Part shown: one piece after another, positions 28,979 to 40,835 of the stretch
Layout: every line of letters starts with the position of its first letter
Position numbering within the stretch: position 1 is the stretch's first letter
Source: Rhizodiscina lignyota
Lineage: Eukaryota
DNA length: 64,000 nucleotides
Assembly: GCA_010015805.1 (NCBI GenBank)
Contig: ML978135.1
Span: 62,001-126,000 of the forward strand
Reading direction: 5' to 3'
The notes under the pieces: generated by a model
Told to the model about the DNA's origin: nothing
The model's database searches: none
What the model saw: only the letters and a program-made list of their open reading frames with translations
Made by a program: the position numbers and the translations under genes

Positions 28979-29778
28979 CTTTCTTGTCTTCTGTGGAATG
29001 TAATTCAATTGGACGAGGAAATCGAGAGTGCTTCAAGTATTTCCGATCAGTGGAATTCGGCAATGGGTCACGAAGAGACATTGGTTTTGCCAGAGTTGCT
29101 GGCGCTTTATACCCACTGACCGGGACTCAACAACGGACTTTACGGGAGCTTTCAGATCCGCAAACACTTATTATCAATCATTAACAACCTCATAAGCTCT
29201 TCGTACCCGGGACATCTTTCTATCCAGACTTTCCCCAGACCGGAACTCTGACTATGCCTAAAGGGGCTAGCCATGAGATACTGCTTCTCATTGGTCGGCT
29301 ACTGAGTTACTCCTACCTGAGTTTCGACACTGCCAAGCAGGGCTGATTTCTTTGCAATGGCATTTTATTTCAACGGACGTAGGTAAAAGGCTTGCCGGAC
29401 TTAACGAAATCTATTTACAACTTGCCTTAGTCAATGTCCTGGGCGTCCAGGTGTCCAGTCTGCTACAAGCACCAACCTGGTTACTGTGTTGATGGATCGT
29501 TTTGGTGTGTATCAACCACAGACCTGGATGAGCGGGCGTCACAGGTGAAATTGGGAGATGTGATCGAGATTCAATGCTTCAAGGTGTCAATGCAGCTTCC
29601 TTTGTATATTTTTGGCAATATCTCGACCGAAAATTAGACGGTCGCGATTTGCAGATACTAGAAAGAAAGATTGTTGTCGCAGCTGTGACATTAGCAGCGA
29701 TCTAATCTAACTGAAAGTTCGATTGCAGGGCTTGTAGAATATTCTTCTTAGTTCCTACAGCCGACATACAGAGCAAGA

Positions 29779-30499
29779 TTACGGATAGTAAATACACATT
29801 TCCAAGCCTTTATGATAAGGTAGTGTAAGGTTCAAAAAGCCGCTTCCTTCTGCACGAAGATGTTGTAGCAGATCTTTGTATCTTGAGGCAGAGGCAATTG
29901 TATTATCGACAATAACAATAGCTCCGTGGCGAAGGTGTGGTTGGACAAGCTTGAGTGCTGGCAGAGTCATTGGAGCCCAAACTAAGAAAACATTCAGTGC
30001 TTGCTTGCCCGCCCGGTTAATGAAGGTACTCACTGTCCAAAAGAAAAAGGTCGACTTCAGGCATATTCTCTTTCAAGGTATCACGCAGATCACCGACACG
30101 GAGGTCAATATTGCTGGTGATGTCCTCTCCAACTTCGGCCCAGTGCTTTCGGGCTTGGGCCGCCTTAGACGGCTCGTGTTCTGTCGCTATGACAGTGGAT
30201 TTTCCCCCTGAAACTCCCACATTTGCGTTCGCTGCCAAGCTAAGATAGATGGTACTGACGCCAAAGCTCGTGCCGGCTTCGACAATGGTTTTCGCATTGA
30301 CAGCCCGCGCGATCTGGTAGACAAAATGGCATTTTTCTTGCTCGAGTGCAATGAAGGCATCGCGGGTTGCCACATGTACTGAGTCATGAGGGAGAGCAGT
30401 AATATCTAACTTGGCTTCTTGGTCGAGAGAAAGCTTGTGGAGATGGTCCAATAATGAAAGAATATGCGGAGAGACACCTGCATCCTTGAGTGGATTCAT
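29779..30499 (-). CDS. Class I SAM-dependent O-methyltransferase
   Basis: IVEAGTSFGVSTIYL, LRVGDLRDTL, LLD|IW (intron 29982-30033) and VIVDN. Confidence 0.87.
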
Positions 30500-31742
30500 G
30501 TTGTTCGTCCGTATCTTCACGCGATTTTGGAAGATGGAGTCCCGATAAAGGTTGTTGTTTCTGGAAAGGGGCCAATATTTCAAAGTAATTGGGTGCAGAT
30601 GCCGCCCACCAGAAAGTGCGCATGCTATGACAGTTATAAGATGGGCCCGAGACCGCTAAACAAGGTCAGAGTATTGCATTTTGGCGCTTCGCACCCCCCT
30701 CCATCCAGCATTCCCCAAAATGCCAAGAATTTCTCTATGAAGCGCAGACGAGTCCACTAGTTGTGGGGAGAACACGGATTCACACTAGTTACTATTCACC
30801 GTGTCTTACTATGCGATTTTAGTAATTGTCGAAAGAGCTAATCATTGCCGAGTTGCTACCCGCGACTTAATATCTCACTGAGATTGTTCAAACTTAATAA
30901 TATCCCTGCGGCTATCACTTCTATTCAATGCAATGTGCTACCTGGTAGGTTTCCTCGTTCGGAGGTCAGAACCAGAATACTTGGTGATTTATGATACGCT
31001 GAAAGACATGTCCCTACAATGTTTGCCTTTAGGGGTTTTCTCATTCACTCCGCAGCCCTGGAAGTAATGCAGAGAGATTCATTTTAAACATAAGCTGAGA
31101 AACCTACCGCTGACTATCGTTTAAATGCTAATAACTTGCTACGACCTAATCAGCGTTACTCAATTTCTACTACAAACTTTTTATCCTTTCCTTATTATTT
31201 GTGACCCTGGACTCACGCTCAACTTAGCCGCTGTCGAGGTTGCTCAATCTTATACTGAAATGGCATCCCATCCCCATTTGAACAAGAACAAGTATACTAC
31301 TACATGTGAAGAATGACAGACGCGTTCGCCGAAATTATATCTCGAAAGATTTGTACGTATCTAACATACTCCTCGAGAGTCCACGAAATAGACATTAGAG
31401 TTGCGAAATATTTTTACAGGCAGCTAAATTCACAGTTGGTGGATATAAGGATAAACCTAAAAACTAGTGGTGAAATATGAATATACCTTTGGTACGCTCT
31501 AGTATATGAGCAGAACGAAGTATACCGCATGTACTGAGAACATATACCATCGATTGATGCTGGCTGTGTTGGTCAGTTAGCATAAGACACACATTTTAAG
31601 GCAATTGTTTATAGGTTCGACTTCAGAATGGAATTTTCACGTACAGATTTGAAACACATCTCCTCTACTTCACTTAGTGAGGTCATGACATTTCAACGTT
31701 GCAAAGTCGCGCTCACACTGATGAGTCAGAGATTGTTAGTTA

Positions 31743-31791
31743 ACGTGGTTCACAAGCGAGCTAGTCACCCAAGCGAGCTGGTTACTTTTAG
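31743..31791 (+). repeat. Left terminal inverted repeat
   Basis: ACGTGGTTCACAAGCGAGCTAGTCACCCAAGCGAGCTGGTTACTTTTAG; 48/49 match to the reverse complement of 33553-33601. Confidence 0.95.
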
Positions 31792-33552
31792 TACGCGTCG
31801 CGCGTCTTACACTTATTAAGTTAATAAATAATAATGTAAAGTTCCTTATAGTCTAATACTAAAGGAAGAATTTTATTAGCTATTAATACTTATAAAATAG
31901 GCTAAATTTTAAGCCTCTATAAAGCTACTACCGCGTATAACGCGCCGCGCGCGACTATAACTATATACTACTATAGTATACCTAAACGACGCGATTCTCG
32001 ACTAGCTTTATATAAACTTACCTCTACTAAAGAGGAAGTTATTATTTAACGTATCCTTAACCTTAATTTATAAGGATTTCCTCCCTAATTATCTACTATA
32101 CGAGAAATCGTAAATCTTATACTTATAAGCTATAGAATAACTCTACTATAAACTATTAGTAAGAATTAGCCTATAAACTTTATTAACTACTACTTATAGC
32201 TTTATATAATATATAATTAGAAATATAACTATTAGTAGTTATAATATAAGGACCTAATTATTATTTAGGCTTAGTTTAACCTTATATAGAATATAGTTTA
32301 GAAGTATAGTATACTTAAAGAGGATATATATAACTTTAATAAGACTAGCTTTTAAATAGGTATTATTATAACTATAAAAGTTATAATAGAGGCTAAGAGG
32401 AGAGGCTACCTAAAGACTATATAGCTAGGTAATTAGGAGTAGGTAATAGTCGTATATAGGATTAATATAAAGGGCTAGGTAATTCTACTACTTATTATCT
32501 TAAAGGTAAAGCTTTATTAAAGGACCTAGTATATAAATAATAACCTACTATAGGACTAGTACTTTACTATAAGTAAGAATAGCTAGACTAATAATAAGAT
32601 TAGCCTTAAATAGATCTAGTACTTCTATAAGTATATATAAAGTTATATAAAGGGCTAATAGCGACTTCTTATCCTTAATAGCTATAGAAGCTACCTTATA
32701 GCCTAATTTAAGGATTTTTATAAATAAAACTATATTTTTACGCTTTATATACCTATATACTTATCTTATATCTTATAGCTACTTAATATTAGCTATTTTA
32801 GTATATTAAAAACTATATATAGTACTCTAATCGAAAAGTAGATACGACTTAGTATTAATTATATTATAAAAGAGGACTTCCTAGCTAAATACTATATTAC
32901 GTATAAGTAAGTAATTACTAAAAAGAATATCCTTAGTAGCTTTATAGTATCTAGGCTTATACCTTTTAATCCTAAGCATATTCTTTTAACCTTTAGTCTA
33001 ATTATCTAAACTCTAAGCCCTATACCTACCTATAAGTCAACCTAAGAGTTAAAAACGCCTTATATAATCGCTAAAATTAAGTACTAAGTAAAGTATATCT
33101 AGAAGTAGCGATAACTACGTAAAGCTAGCTTAAAATCCCTATTAGATTCCGTATTTAATTAGCTACTAAAGGGCTTTAAGTTAGTTATATATAAGAGGGC
33201 AATTTTAATAGCTAAGAATAAAGAACTTTAAGTTATAAATAAATAATAAAAGTAATAGTAAAACTAACGCTATATAACTATTAGTATTAGAGGTACTTTT
33301 ACTATTAGTAAAGGTTAAGATAGGATCTATAATTTATAGATAGAGAAGTAAATTTAGGCTAAAGACCGTAAGGGTAAAGCGTATAAGTATATAGAAAGAC
33401 CTCGAAAGCAGGCTATACTAAAATATAGTATATATTACTTACTTAAATATAACGTAAGGACTTATCTAAAGCGTTAGATTTTACTTTATATAATTATTTC
33501 CTATATATAATTCTATTATAGTGAGATATTATAATATAAGCGCTTAGGGTAG

Positions 33553-33601
33553 CTAAAAGTGACCAGCTCGCTTGGGTGACTAGCTCGCTTGTGAACCACG
33601 T
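33553..33601 (-). repeat. Right terminal inverted repeat
   Basis: Reverse complement of the left TIR with one C/T difference. Confidence 0.95.
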
Positions 33602-33683
33602 TACCCCATCATGGTGTGACTCCGCACCATTTGCGGCGGGGATGGCATACCAAGCGCTCAACTTGGCTATCTCTTTGCCAATA

Positions 33684-36254
33684 ATGGCTACCAAGAAAAA
33701 GCTTTCATCACGTCGGATAAGCAAGGTGACAGACAGAATTGAGTCGCCTGAGAATGCGAACCGAACTTTCCACTGTCAGTTTTGTGCTAAGCGATTTGTA
33801 CGAAACGAGCACTTGCAGCGTCATGAAAGACTACGTATGTCCGCACGCCTTTATCGAACTTGCCACTCATTGGCCACAGATACGAAAGAAAAGCCTTTCC
33901 GCTGCGCATATTGCTCAGCAACCTTTGCAAGGAAGTATGCTGCCCCTTTGGATGTTCTCTGTTGCAGGGAATGGGCTATGCTGATAGCTGATAGGGATCT
34001 CCTTTCTCGTCACATTGGCGTTTCCCACGCCGATATGTCAAATGCCTTTTGCAACCCAGCGCCTAACTCCAGCGATCGCCAGGATTCTGTAGAGGATGCT
34101 GAACGCACTGTCTTGTGCAACATGGTCCCCCAGAGCATAAACGCACAACTCGTTACGAATATGCAACCCCCTGGTGACCCCTCAGTGGAAAAGTCGACAC
34201 CTACGGGGACATGTTTAATGGCGCTATCAGACAACAATCGGACGGACAGCCCTAGTGATGGCATGGACGATTCGACCGCCATTGAATCGTCATTTGATGA
34301 CTCGCGAATACCATGGATTCAACAAGCTAACGATTTTGGCGATTTCGATTTGTTCATTGACAGCCTGAGTATGCCACATACAAATAATTTATCGACATTT
34401 TACAACGCTGCACCACTGACATCGTTCTCGCCTGTTCCGTTGTTTGGTTGTTCGGATCCCTCAATTTCCAATACTCAATCACAAGAGCTTAATTTCTCGT
34501 TACCGACAAGGAGCGCCTCACCACTTCATTTGTTTGACGAGTTCTCATCATCATTCCCTTCGTTTGAACCACCATCATCCCATCAAGTTCGAAGCGAGCC
34601 ATGGAGTTTCACACACACGGATTGGGATTACCTATTGGCAAATATCCAACCATTCGTGTCTGTACTCACTCGGGGGTTCTTGCTACCATCCCGTCATACC
34701 CTATCTCGGTATATCGCAACATATTTCAATGGATTTCACCGCCATTTACCATTTTTACATCTGCCAACATTTTCACCTGGCAGATGGCCAGTTGAACTGA
34801 TACTTGCCGTGGCTGCAATAGGTGCACAATACTCATTTGATGGCAACAATGCAGCCGACCTATTCATGACTTCTAACGCTATAATCCACGAACGCCTCCG
34901 CCTCCGCAAAATTGTGCATCGCACGAAGCCACTCTCGACGCGAAATGGAGCAAGAGCGGAACGCCAGCAACCCAATCAGACACTGCCCAGATTTCATTAC
35001 TCAACCGGAGAATCCCCCACCGATCCGATTGATAGAAGACATACCGTCTATCAACATGAATCACTACAACTTGCCCAGACGTTACTTTTGCTTATGGCAA
35101 TGGCAACTTGGGGCGATCCGACAGCCATGTTCACTGAAGCAACCGATCTCCAGAGTACTTTGGCTAATTTCGTCCGAGAGGAAAAGCTCCTGGAGCCTCA
35201 GACTCAGAACGAAGAAACCTGGTCCCAGTGGGTCTATTTTGAAGGGCTGAAGAGGACCATTGGGATCATATTTTGCTTTTTCAATTTCCATACGATTGTC
35301 TTCAATATTCCACCCCCCATACTCAACTCTGAACTACATACTTGCCTGCCGTCTCAGGAAGCAGACTGGGAGGCCATGACTGAGGCCAGCTGGCGCAAGT
35401 CTCGAAGAGAATCTAGACCAGAACCGCAGTTCCAATCAGCCCTTTCGCTACTCTTTTCAGACCGATTCGCCGAGACCTCCAAACAATACTCACCGTTGGG
35501 AGGATATATTCTGATCCTGGCTCTAATCCAACACATTTACTTTCTGCGAGAAGTCAACAAATTCAAGGTCGATCTAGATGGAAGTTTATCGCTCTCGGAC
35601 ATCGCGAATGTTGAGCTGGCGCTCAAGAACTGGCAATCTAGATGGGAAATGGATCCCGAGTCATCTCTTTACCCCGGGAATCCCCAAGGGCCCGTATCTT
35701 TCAACTCAACTGCCTTGCTCCGGATGGCCTATATACGATTACATGTTGACGTGGGTCCGTGGCGGGCCCTGGGAAGTCAAGATCCTTGCCAGGTCGCGCG
35801 AAACATACACCAGAGCCCAGCCGTGAAGCGGAACCATAAGCTCACGCGCGCCGTTCTTTACTCTGCACACGCATTGAGCATCTCAGTGAAAACTGGAGTC
35901 AATATTGTTGCACGCAGCCAAGCTTTCACTTGGTCTCTCCAACACTCACTATGCGCTCTTGAGTGTGCATTTGTGATCAGTAAATGGCTGAATGTTGTGC
36001 AATCGCACGCCTTGGAAATGCCGCTGGACGAAGAAGAAAATCGCCTGCTTGCATACATAGTCGACATGGCAACAGAAGCGGACCCGGGGTCCGGCTGCGT
36101 ACGAAACGAACCAACACAGCAATATCTGCGTGAACTAGGTGTCCGTGTTATTCGGGTATGGGCGAGACTCTTGAGTGGGGAGGCAATTTGGAACGTGGTA
36201 AGTATGATCGGAGAAACTTTGAAGATATATAGTCAGATTTTGGAGGAGAATTAG
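33684..36254 (+). CDS. C2H2 zinc finger plus fungal-specific TF domain transcription factor
   Basis: CQFC..F.RNEHLQRHERLH-TKEKPF-CAYC..FARKDLLSRH after removing introns 33835-33879 and 33935-33994. FHRHLPFLHLPTF marks the fungal TF domain. Alternative ATG at 33642. Confidence 0.9.
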   Translation: MATKKKLSSRRISKVTDRIESPENANRTFHCQFCAKRFVRNEHLQRHERLRMSARLYRTCHSLATDTKEKPFRCAYCSATFARKYAAPLDVLCCREWAMLIADRDLLSRHIGVSHADMSNAFCNPAPNSSDRQDSVEDAERTVLCNMVPQSINAQLVTNMQPPGDPSVEKSTPTGTCLMALSDNNRTDSPSDGMDDSTAIESSFDDSRIPWIQQANDFGDFDLFIDSLSMPHTNNLSTFYNAAPLTSFSPVPLFGCSDPSISNTQSQELNFSLPTRSASPLHLFDEFSSSFPSFEPPSSHQVRSEPWSFTHTDWDYLLANIQPFVSVLTRGFLLPSRHTLSRYIATYFNGFHRHLPFLHLPTFSPGRWPVELILAVAAIGAQYSFDGNNAADLFMTSNAIIHERLRLRKIVHRTKPLSTRNGARAERQQPNQTLPRFHYSTGESPTDPIDRRHTVYQHESLQLAQTLLLLMAMATWGDPTAMFTEATDLQSTLANFVREEKLLEPQTQNEETWSQWVYFEGLKRTIGIIFCFFNFHTIVFNIPPPILNSELHTCLPSQEADWEAMTEASWRKSRRESRPEPQFQSALSLLFSDRFAETSKQYSPLGGYILILALIQHIYFLREVNKFKVDLDGSLSLSDIANVELALKNWQSRWEMDPESSLYPGNPQGPVSFNSTALLRMAYIRLHVDVGPWRALGSQDPCQVARNIHQSPAVKRNHKLTRAVLYSAHALSISVKTGVNIVARSQAFTWSLQHSLCALECAFVISKWLNVVQSHALEMPLDEEENRLLAYIVDMATEADPGSGCVRNEPTQQYLRELGVRVIRVWARLLSGEAIWNVVSMIGETLKIYSQILEEN

Positions 36255-36599
36255 GGTCGGCAACGTAAGTCAATATACTTAAGAATTTTCATAAGAGTTC
36301 AACAAATCATGAGGGCAAAATGAGGCATTCCACCGCAAGCCCTGTTCCTAAAGGCTTCTCCGAAACGAGCATTGCTAACAAATGGCAAATTTATCCTTAT
36401 TTTCAAAAGATGTGGTCTATAAGCGAAAATACTATACTATAAACTGGTCTGCATGGTAAGATTCTTGCCAATGTTTTGTTTATTTCAGGCAGTTCCGAAT
36501 GTTGAGCGTTCGGTGTCTCACCACGAGTAAACACAGAGAGGCCATTACATAGAGTGCGGCTGTGAATACTTGCACATACAAGTATCTGTCCCCGGTCGG

Positions 36600-37244
36600 C
36601 TTCCGCAGGACCAATCCAATGATCTCGCATACTAATCAATGCATATTGGCGAAGCCCTTTTGATCGCAGCAACGAACTTGCTGGTAATTGGAGCCACCAT
36701 GACTATCCAGCAAATATTCAGCCCGTTAATGACCTTGCATAGACCTAAGACCTCCACAACAATAGGGGCAAGGGATGCCAAAAGGTGCCAATAAATAAGC
36801 CGATCACGAGAGAAAGCAACTGTTGAAGCGTAGCTTTTTGCAAAGATCCAAAAAAAGAAGCAAAGTAGCCCAGACAAGAATGTCATAAGTGCGGACACAT
36901 TCAGCCGACCAAGGTAATCGCTCAGGAACCCAACTCCAGGACGGCCCACAACTTGCCCTGGATTCACCAAGGCTCCAAGCAGTGCTCCTTGATCTGAGCT
37001 AAGCCCCTGGCTTCTTCCATAATCAGGAATGGAAAACAAGATTATAGTGTAGGCCATAAAGCTGCAAACTGCCCATACGAGCACCATTATGAAGTCAGAA
37101 TTTTTCAAGATCTGAAGCTCAAATGCCGCAGGTTTCCCACTCCTGGATGGTTCGAGGCGATCTAGCGAGCACCCAAAGTTGATTACGCATGATATGATGG
37201 CCAAAGTTCGAAAGGGCCCAAGGCAAGCTCATATTCTCAATCAT
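36600..37244 (-). pseudogene. Truncated, frameshifted monocarboxylate-type MFS transporter
   Basis: Only the C-terminal half is present (GRPGVGFLSDYLGRLN). Apparent frameshifts at LPWAL/RTLA (~37212) and around VIGLFIGTFW (~36780-36810). No N-terminal half upstream. Confidence 0.75.
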
Positions 37245-37892
37245 AGCAGTCTTGTTTTGGCTTTTCCAACGTAAAGCTTTTTATGCCGACCCGTCAAGTG
37301 GAGTTGAGACATTTTACAGATCTCCAAGGCATGACAATCAGGTTGTCGGCCGAGTAGTCAGAGAATGACTGTGAATATTGCAAGGTGTTCGATTATTCAT
37401 AGGTTTTACTCTTCCGCGGCAGGGATCACTTGGCCACGAGGGAAGGACTGCCGAGATGGAGAAGGGAAATTCTCCAAAATGCCAAGCCATACGTGATATT
37501 TGTGATTACTCAATGTCAGAGTCAAGGGAAAGCACGAAATGAAGTTATCTATGCTTGGTATTATGGGGAAATTTTTTAGTTCTCACTTATTCATAGCTGC
37601 GCCTTTCCCACCGATCTATTCCAGTAGGTGACCGGTTACAGTCCTACTCTGTAGGAGGGCTATCCCAAGACTTGGCATTTGGGGGTTGGAGAACGTAGTT
37701 AAGTGTGAGTACGAACGGTGAGGATCAGTATCGGCCTTCAATTTCGTATCGTCAATTCGCTAATCAAGTCAAGCAATTTTGAAGTAAGTATTTCAGCAAT
37801 ATGCTCCGTGGGCACGACGAAGCATATCGAGAACGTGTCTGCTTCTCTTCCACAGTCAGCGGCTTCATGACCACGCAGTCAGAGCTTCCTAT

Positions 37893-37939
37893 CCTATTTC
37901 GTCCCCGGCCTCAGCCTTGTCAATGTGCAGTTGAAACTT
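37893..37939 (+). repeat. 47-bp dispersed direct repeat, copy 1
   Basis: CCTATTTCGTCCCCGGCCTCAGCCTTGTCAATGTGCAGTTGAAACTT; 44/48 aligned identity to 46069-46116. Confidence 0.9.
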
Positions 37940-38364
37940 GAAACCTCGCATCCCAACACAAGTTCCCCAAACACTCATACCCCTAACAGCAAATACATAT
38001 ACCTCAACTGCAACTTCAGCTATGAAGGGGCAAACCTTTCATCAAACAATGCTACTCAACCCTTCCCACGTCATGACGAAACAATACGGATACCATCCAC
38101 CCATGAAGCCGGATTTTCACTGCTATCGAGCCCTTCTTTTCTCAACAATCATGGCTTGGAGTAAGTCTGATGATCCTTCCAAGGAGTCCTTCGTTCCTTT
38201 CGTACGGTGTAGTCACCAATCACGTACAGCTTAACTCGACTTTTTTGCTCGAGGTGTCTAACTCTTAGTGGGGTTTCAAATGAGCATCGGAAAGCTTTCC
38301 GTGTGCTGTAGGATTGATTCCAATCGCAATGAACCGCTTCGTTAGCATAATCTCGCTTGTACGT

Positions 38365-38405
38365 TCGTTGCGCGCTCGTTGCGCGCTCGCTGCGCGCTCG
38401 CTGCG
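38365..38405. repeat. GC-rich 11-bp tandem repeat (TCGYTGCGCGC, about 3.7 copies)
   Basis: Units start at 38365, 38376, 38387 and 38398 (last one partial). Confidence 0.85.
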
Positions 38406-38822
38406 TGGCCACTCCACTTCGCCTCTTTATCGGACGCCTATACAAACCACGAAGGATCTTTACGAGACCTAAAAAGGAAAGCAGAAGAATAGTGGTCGAT
38501 CCTTCACTACGTCATTCTCGTGTTTCTCTCATATCGGGCTCTCATTGCAATTTGCGCTCACTGCCACTCCATTTCAAGAAAGGCGCCTCAGCACACAAAA
38601 ATAGTATTGTTGCGTCATATATGGAAGGACTGATGGTATAAATTTGACAAGATATCCATAGTACGTCCAATTCACCCATAAAGATCACTATATTGCATTC
38701 TCTTAGCCCCACCGCGAGCGAAGTTGAATATTCGTCCCCCAAGACTGCCATAATTGTTTGGCCGGCCTAGTCCACGCTCCTTCAAATACACCATCTGCTT
38801 GATTCTGTCAGTGGTCACCAAA

Positions 38823-40504
38823 ATGCAGCGGTTACCTAAGATCGGAGGCGTGTTAATCGCTGCGTTACTGCCGCTGCATAGCTTCGCAGCTTGCAATGCG
38901 GCCACTGCGAGTATCTCAGGCTTTCCTCCTGTAGGTTTATCCTACTCTGCCTCACCACCACGTACATATACGTGGCTACGAATGTTTAGCTGAGATACTG
39001 ACATCGTATAGTGCGATGCGCTTATCCAGGCAGGCTTTGGCGATCGCCTGCTCTTCCCAACGAGTCCAGAATATCAGCCGCGCCTTGCCAGTTATTTTGC
39101 TTTGAACTCTCAGCTTCACCCCTGGTGTATCGTCCAGCCACAGGACAAGAAAGATGTGGCCAAGGTCATGACCACTCTGTTCAAGGCAGGGAGAGGCGCC
39201 GGAGATTGGCATATTGCTGTTCGAGCAGGAGGCCACAACCTTTTTCACACAAACAACATCGACACTGGAGTGACCATCGACTTGGTAAACATGAATGAGA
39301 CAACTTATGATACTGGAACCAATCTTGCCAGCATTGAACCTGGCGCCAAATGGCTGAACGTCTACGAGAAACTTCATGAGCATGGGGTTGTGGTCACCGG
39401 CGGCCGTGACGGTACAGTCGGGGTCGGTGGCTTCTTACTGGGTGGCGGCTTGACATACTACATGGGTCAGCAAGGACTCGCATGCGATAATATCAAGAAT
39501 TTTGAAGTTGTTTTGACCAATGGCACTGTTGTTGACGCGAACGCAGAACAAAACTCCGATTTATGGAAGGCTCTAAAGGGCGGTGGCAGCAACTTTGGCA
39601 TTGTCACCAGGTTTGATATGGAAGCCTTGCCGGACAAGGACCTTGCATATGGTCTTCGCATAATGCCTGCAAACTACACTTCTGAATTTCTCGATGCGGT
39701 CGTCTATTTCACGGATCACTACCAAGAGTTCAACACGGATGCATTGGTCCCATTCCTTATGCACGAGCCAGATTTGCCTGTGGATTTCGTTCTGGCTGCG
39801 ATACAGGTCAACACCGAAGGCGATCAGAACAGCACCGGCCTCAGCAAAATAGCGCAGATTCCGCAGATTTCGTCCGCGCAACCAGATGAAACAAACCTTC
39901 TGCCTCTGGTTAAGGTTGCAAATAGTTCAACGATATTCCCACCGGGATGGTTTGTCCTCTGCCGTTGAACATGCCAGGTTGTCACTAACGAAATTTCAGG
40001 ATCGGTCAATCAACTGTGACATTCAAGAACGACAGACGCATCTTGGCTCGCGCAACTGAGTTGTATGAACAATATGTCCATAACTTGACTCAAGCGGTTG
40101 GAGCAGACAACTTCACGACATTGATCTTCTATCAGCCATTCCCTTCGTTGATCGGAGACATCAGTGGTCAAAAGGGTGGGAACATGCTTGGTCTTGATGA
40201 TCAAACAGACAATGCTATCCTCTGGACAGGCTTCGTGAGTGTCAGCAGTGGTCCTTCGGGTCTTGCATTGGCACAACTTTGGATGAGTGTCATGGTAACG
40301 GAGCTTAAGAGCTATGCCGCTTCTCTTGGCGATGGTGATAGGCTTGTCTACATGAACTACGCGGACCCATCGCAGGATCCTATTAGTAGTTATGGAAAAA
40401 CGAACATTGATCATATCAGGCGCGTCGCTGCAGAGTATGATCCAGCGGGTCTGTTTCAGATGCGGGTCCCCGGTGGATTCAAGATATCGCGTGTGGATGT
40501 CTAG
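38823..40504 (+). CDS. Secreted FAD-linked oxidoreductase (BBE/VAO-like)
   Basis: Signal peptide, VRAGGH (covalent-FAD His motif), VGVGGFLLGGG, ALKGGGSNFGIVT and YMNYAD..YDP. Introns 38931-39010 and 39950-39999. Confidence 0.92.
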
Positions 40505-40835
40505 TGGTGTGGACTTATTATTGAGGGACGCATTTATGGAATTAAATTTTTGACACTTAGAAGCAATAGAGTCAATTGTCCCAGATATACATGACCCGTG
40601 CTTGATGTGTGAACTCGATAGTCTCCTGTATCTCAATATCGGACTTCTTCTTGTCTTCCCCCTTTACCCCGTAACAGCCAATCTCCTCGTTGTAGTTCTG
40701 TCGTACACCTTGATGTGTATCAAGACTGGGTCACGTAAACTCGGCTTCTAAGGAGTCGGTCGCTTCTGTCTGTTCGTGTGACTGAGTCGTCGCCACCCAG
40801 GCTTTTGCGATTCGCGTGTGTAGACGGCTCTGCGA

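Larger units (their letters stand above)
31743..33601 (+). mobile_element. Full-length Fot1/Pot2-like (pogo, Tc1/mariner) DNA transposon inactivated by RIP
   Basis: 49-bp TIRs starting ACGTGG, flanked by TA at 31741-31742 and 33602-33603; 1859 bp long. Interior is very AT/TpA-rich with many stops, but back-mutates to DIYNFDETGF (~32320), LLILDGHGSH (~32665), SHILQPLD (~32765) and a C-terminal CxxC-H-C knuckle (~33425). Confidence 0.95.

Noticed and set aside
33576..33683. N-terminal extension of the 892-aa ORF
   Set aside because: It starts at a GTG inside the transposon TIR, so it is not a credible start.
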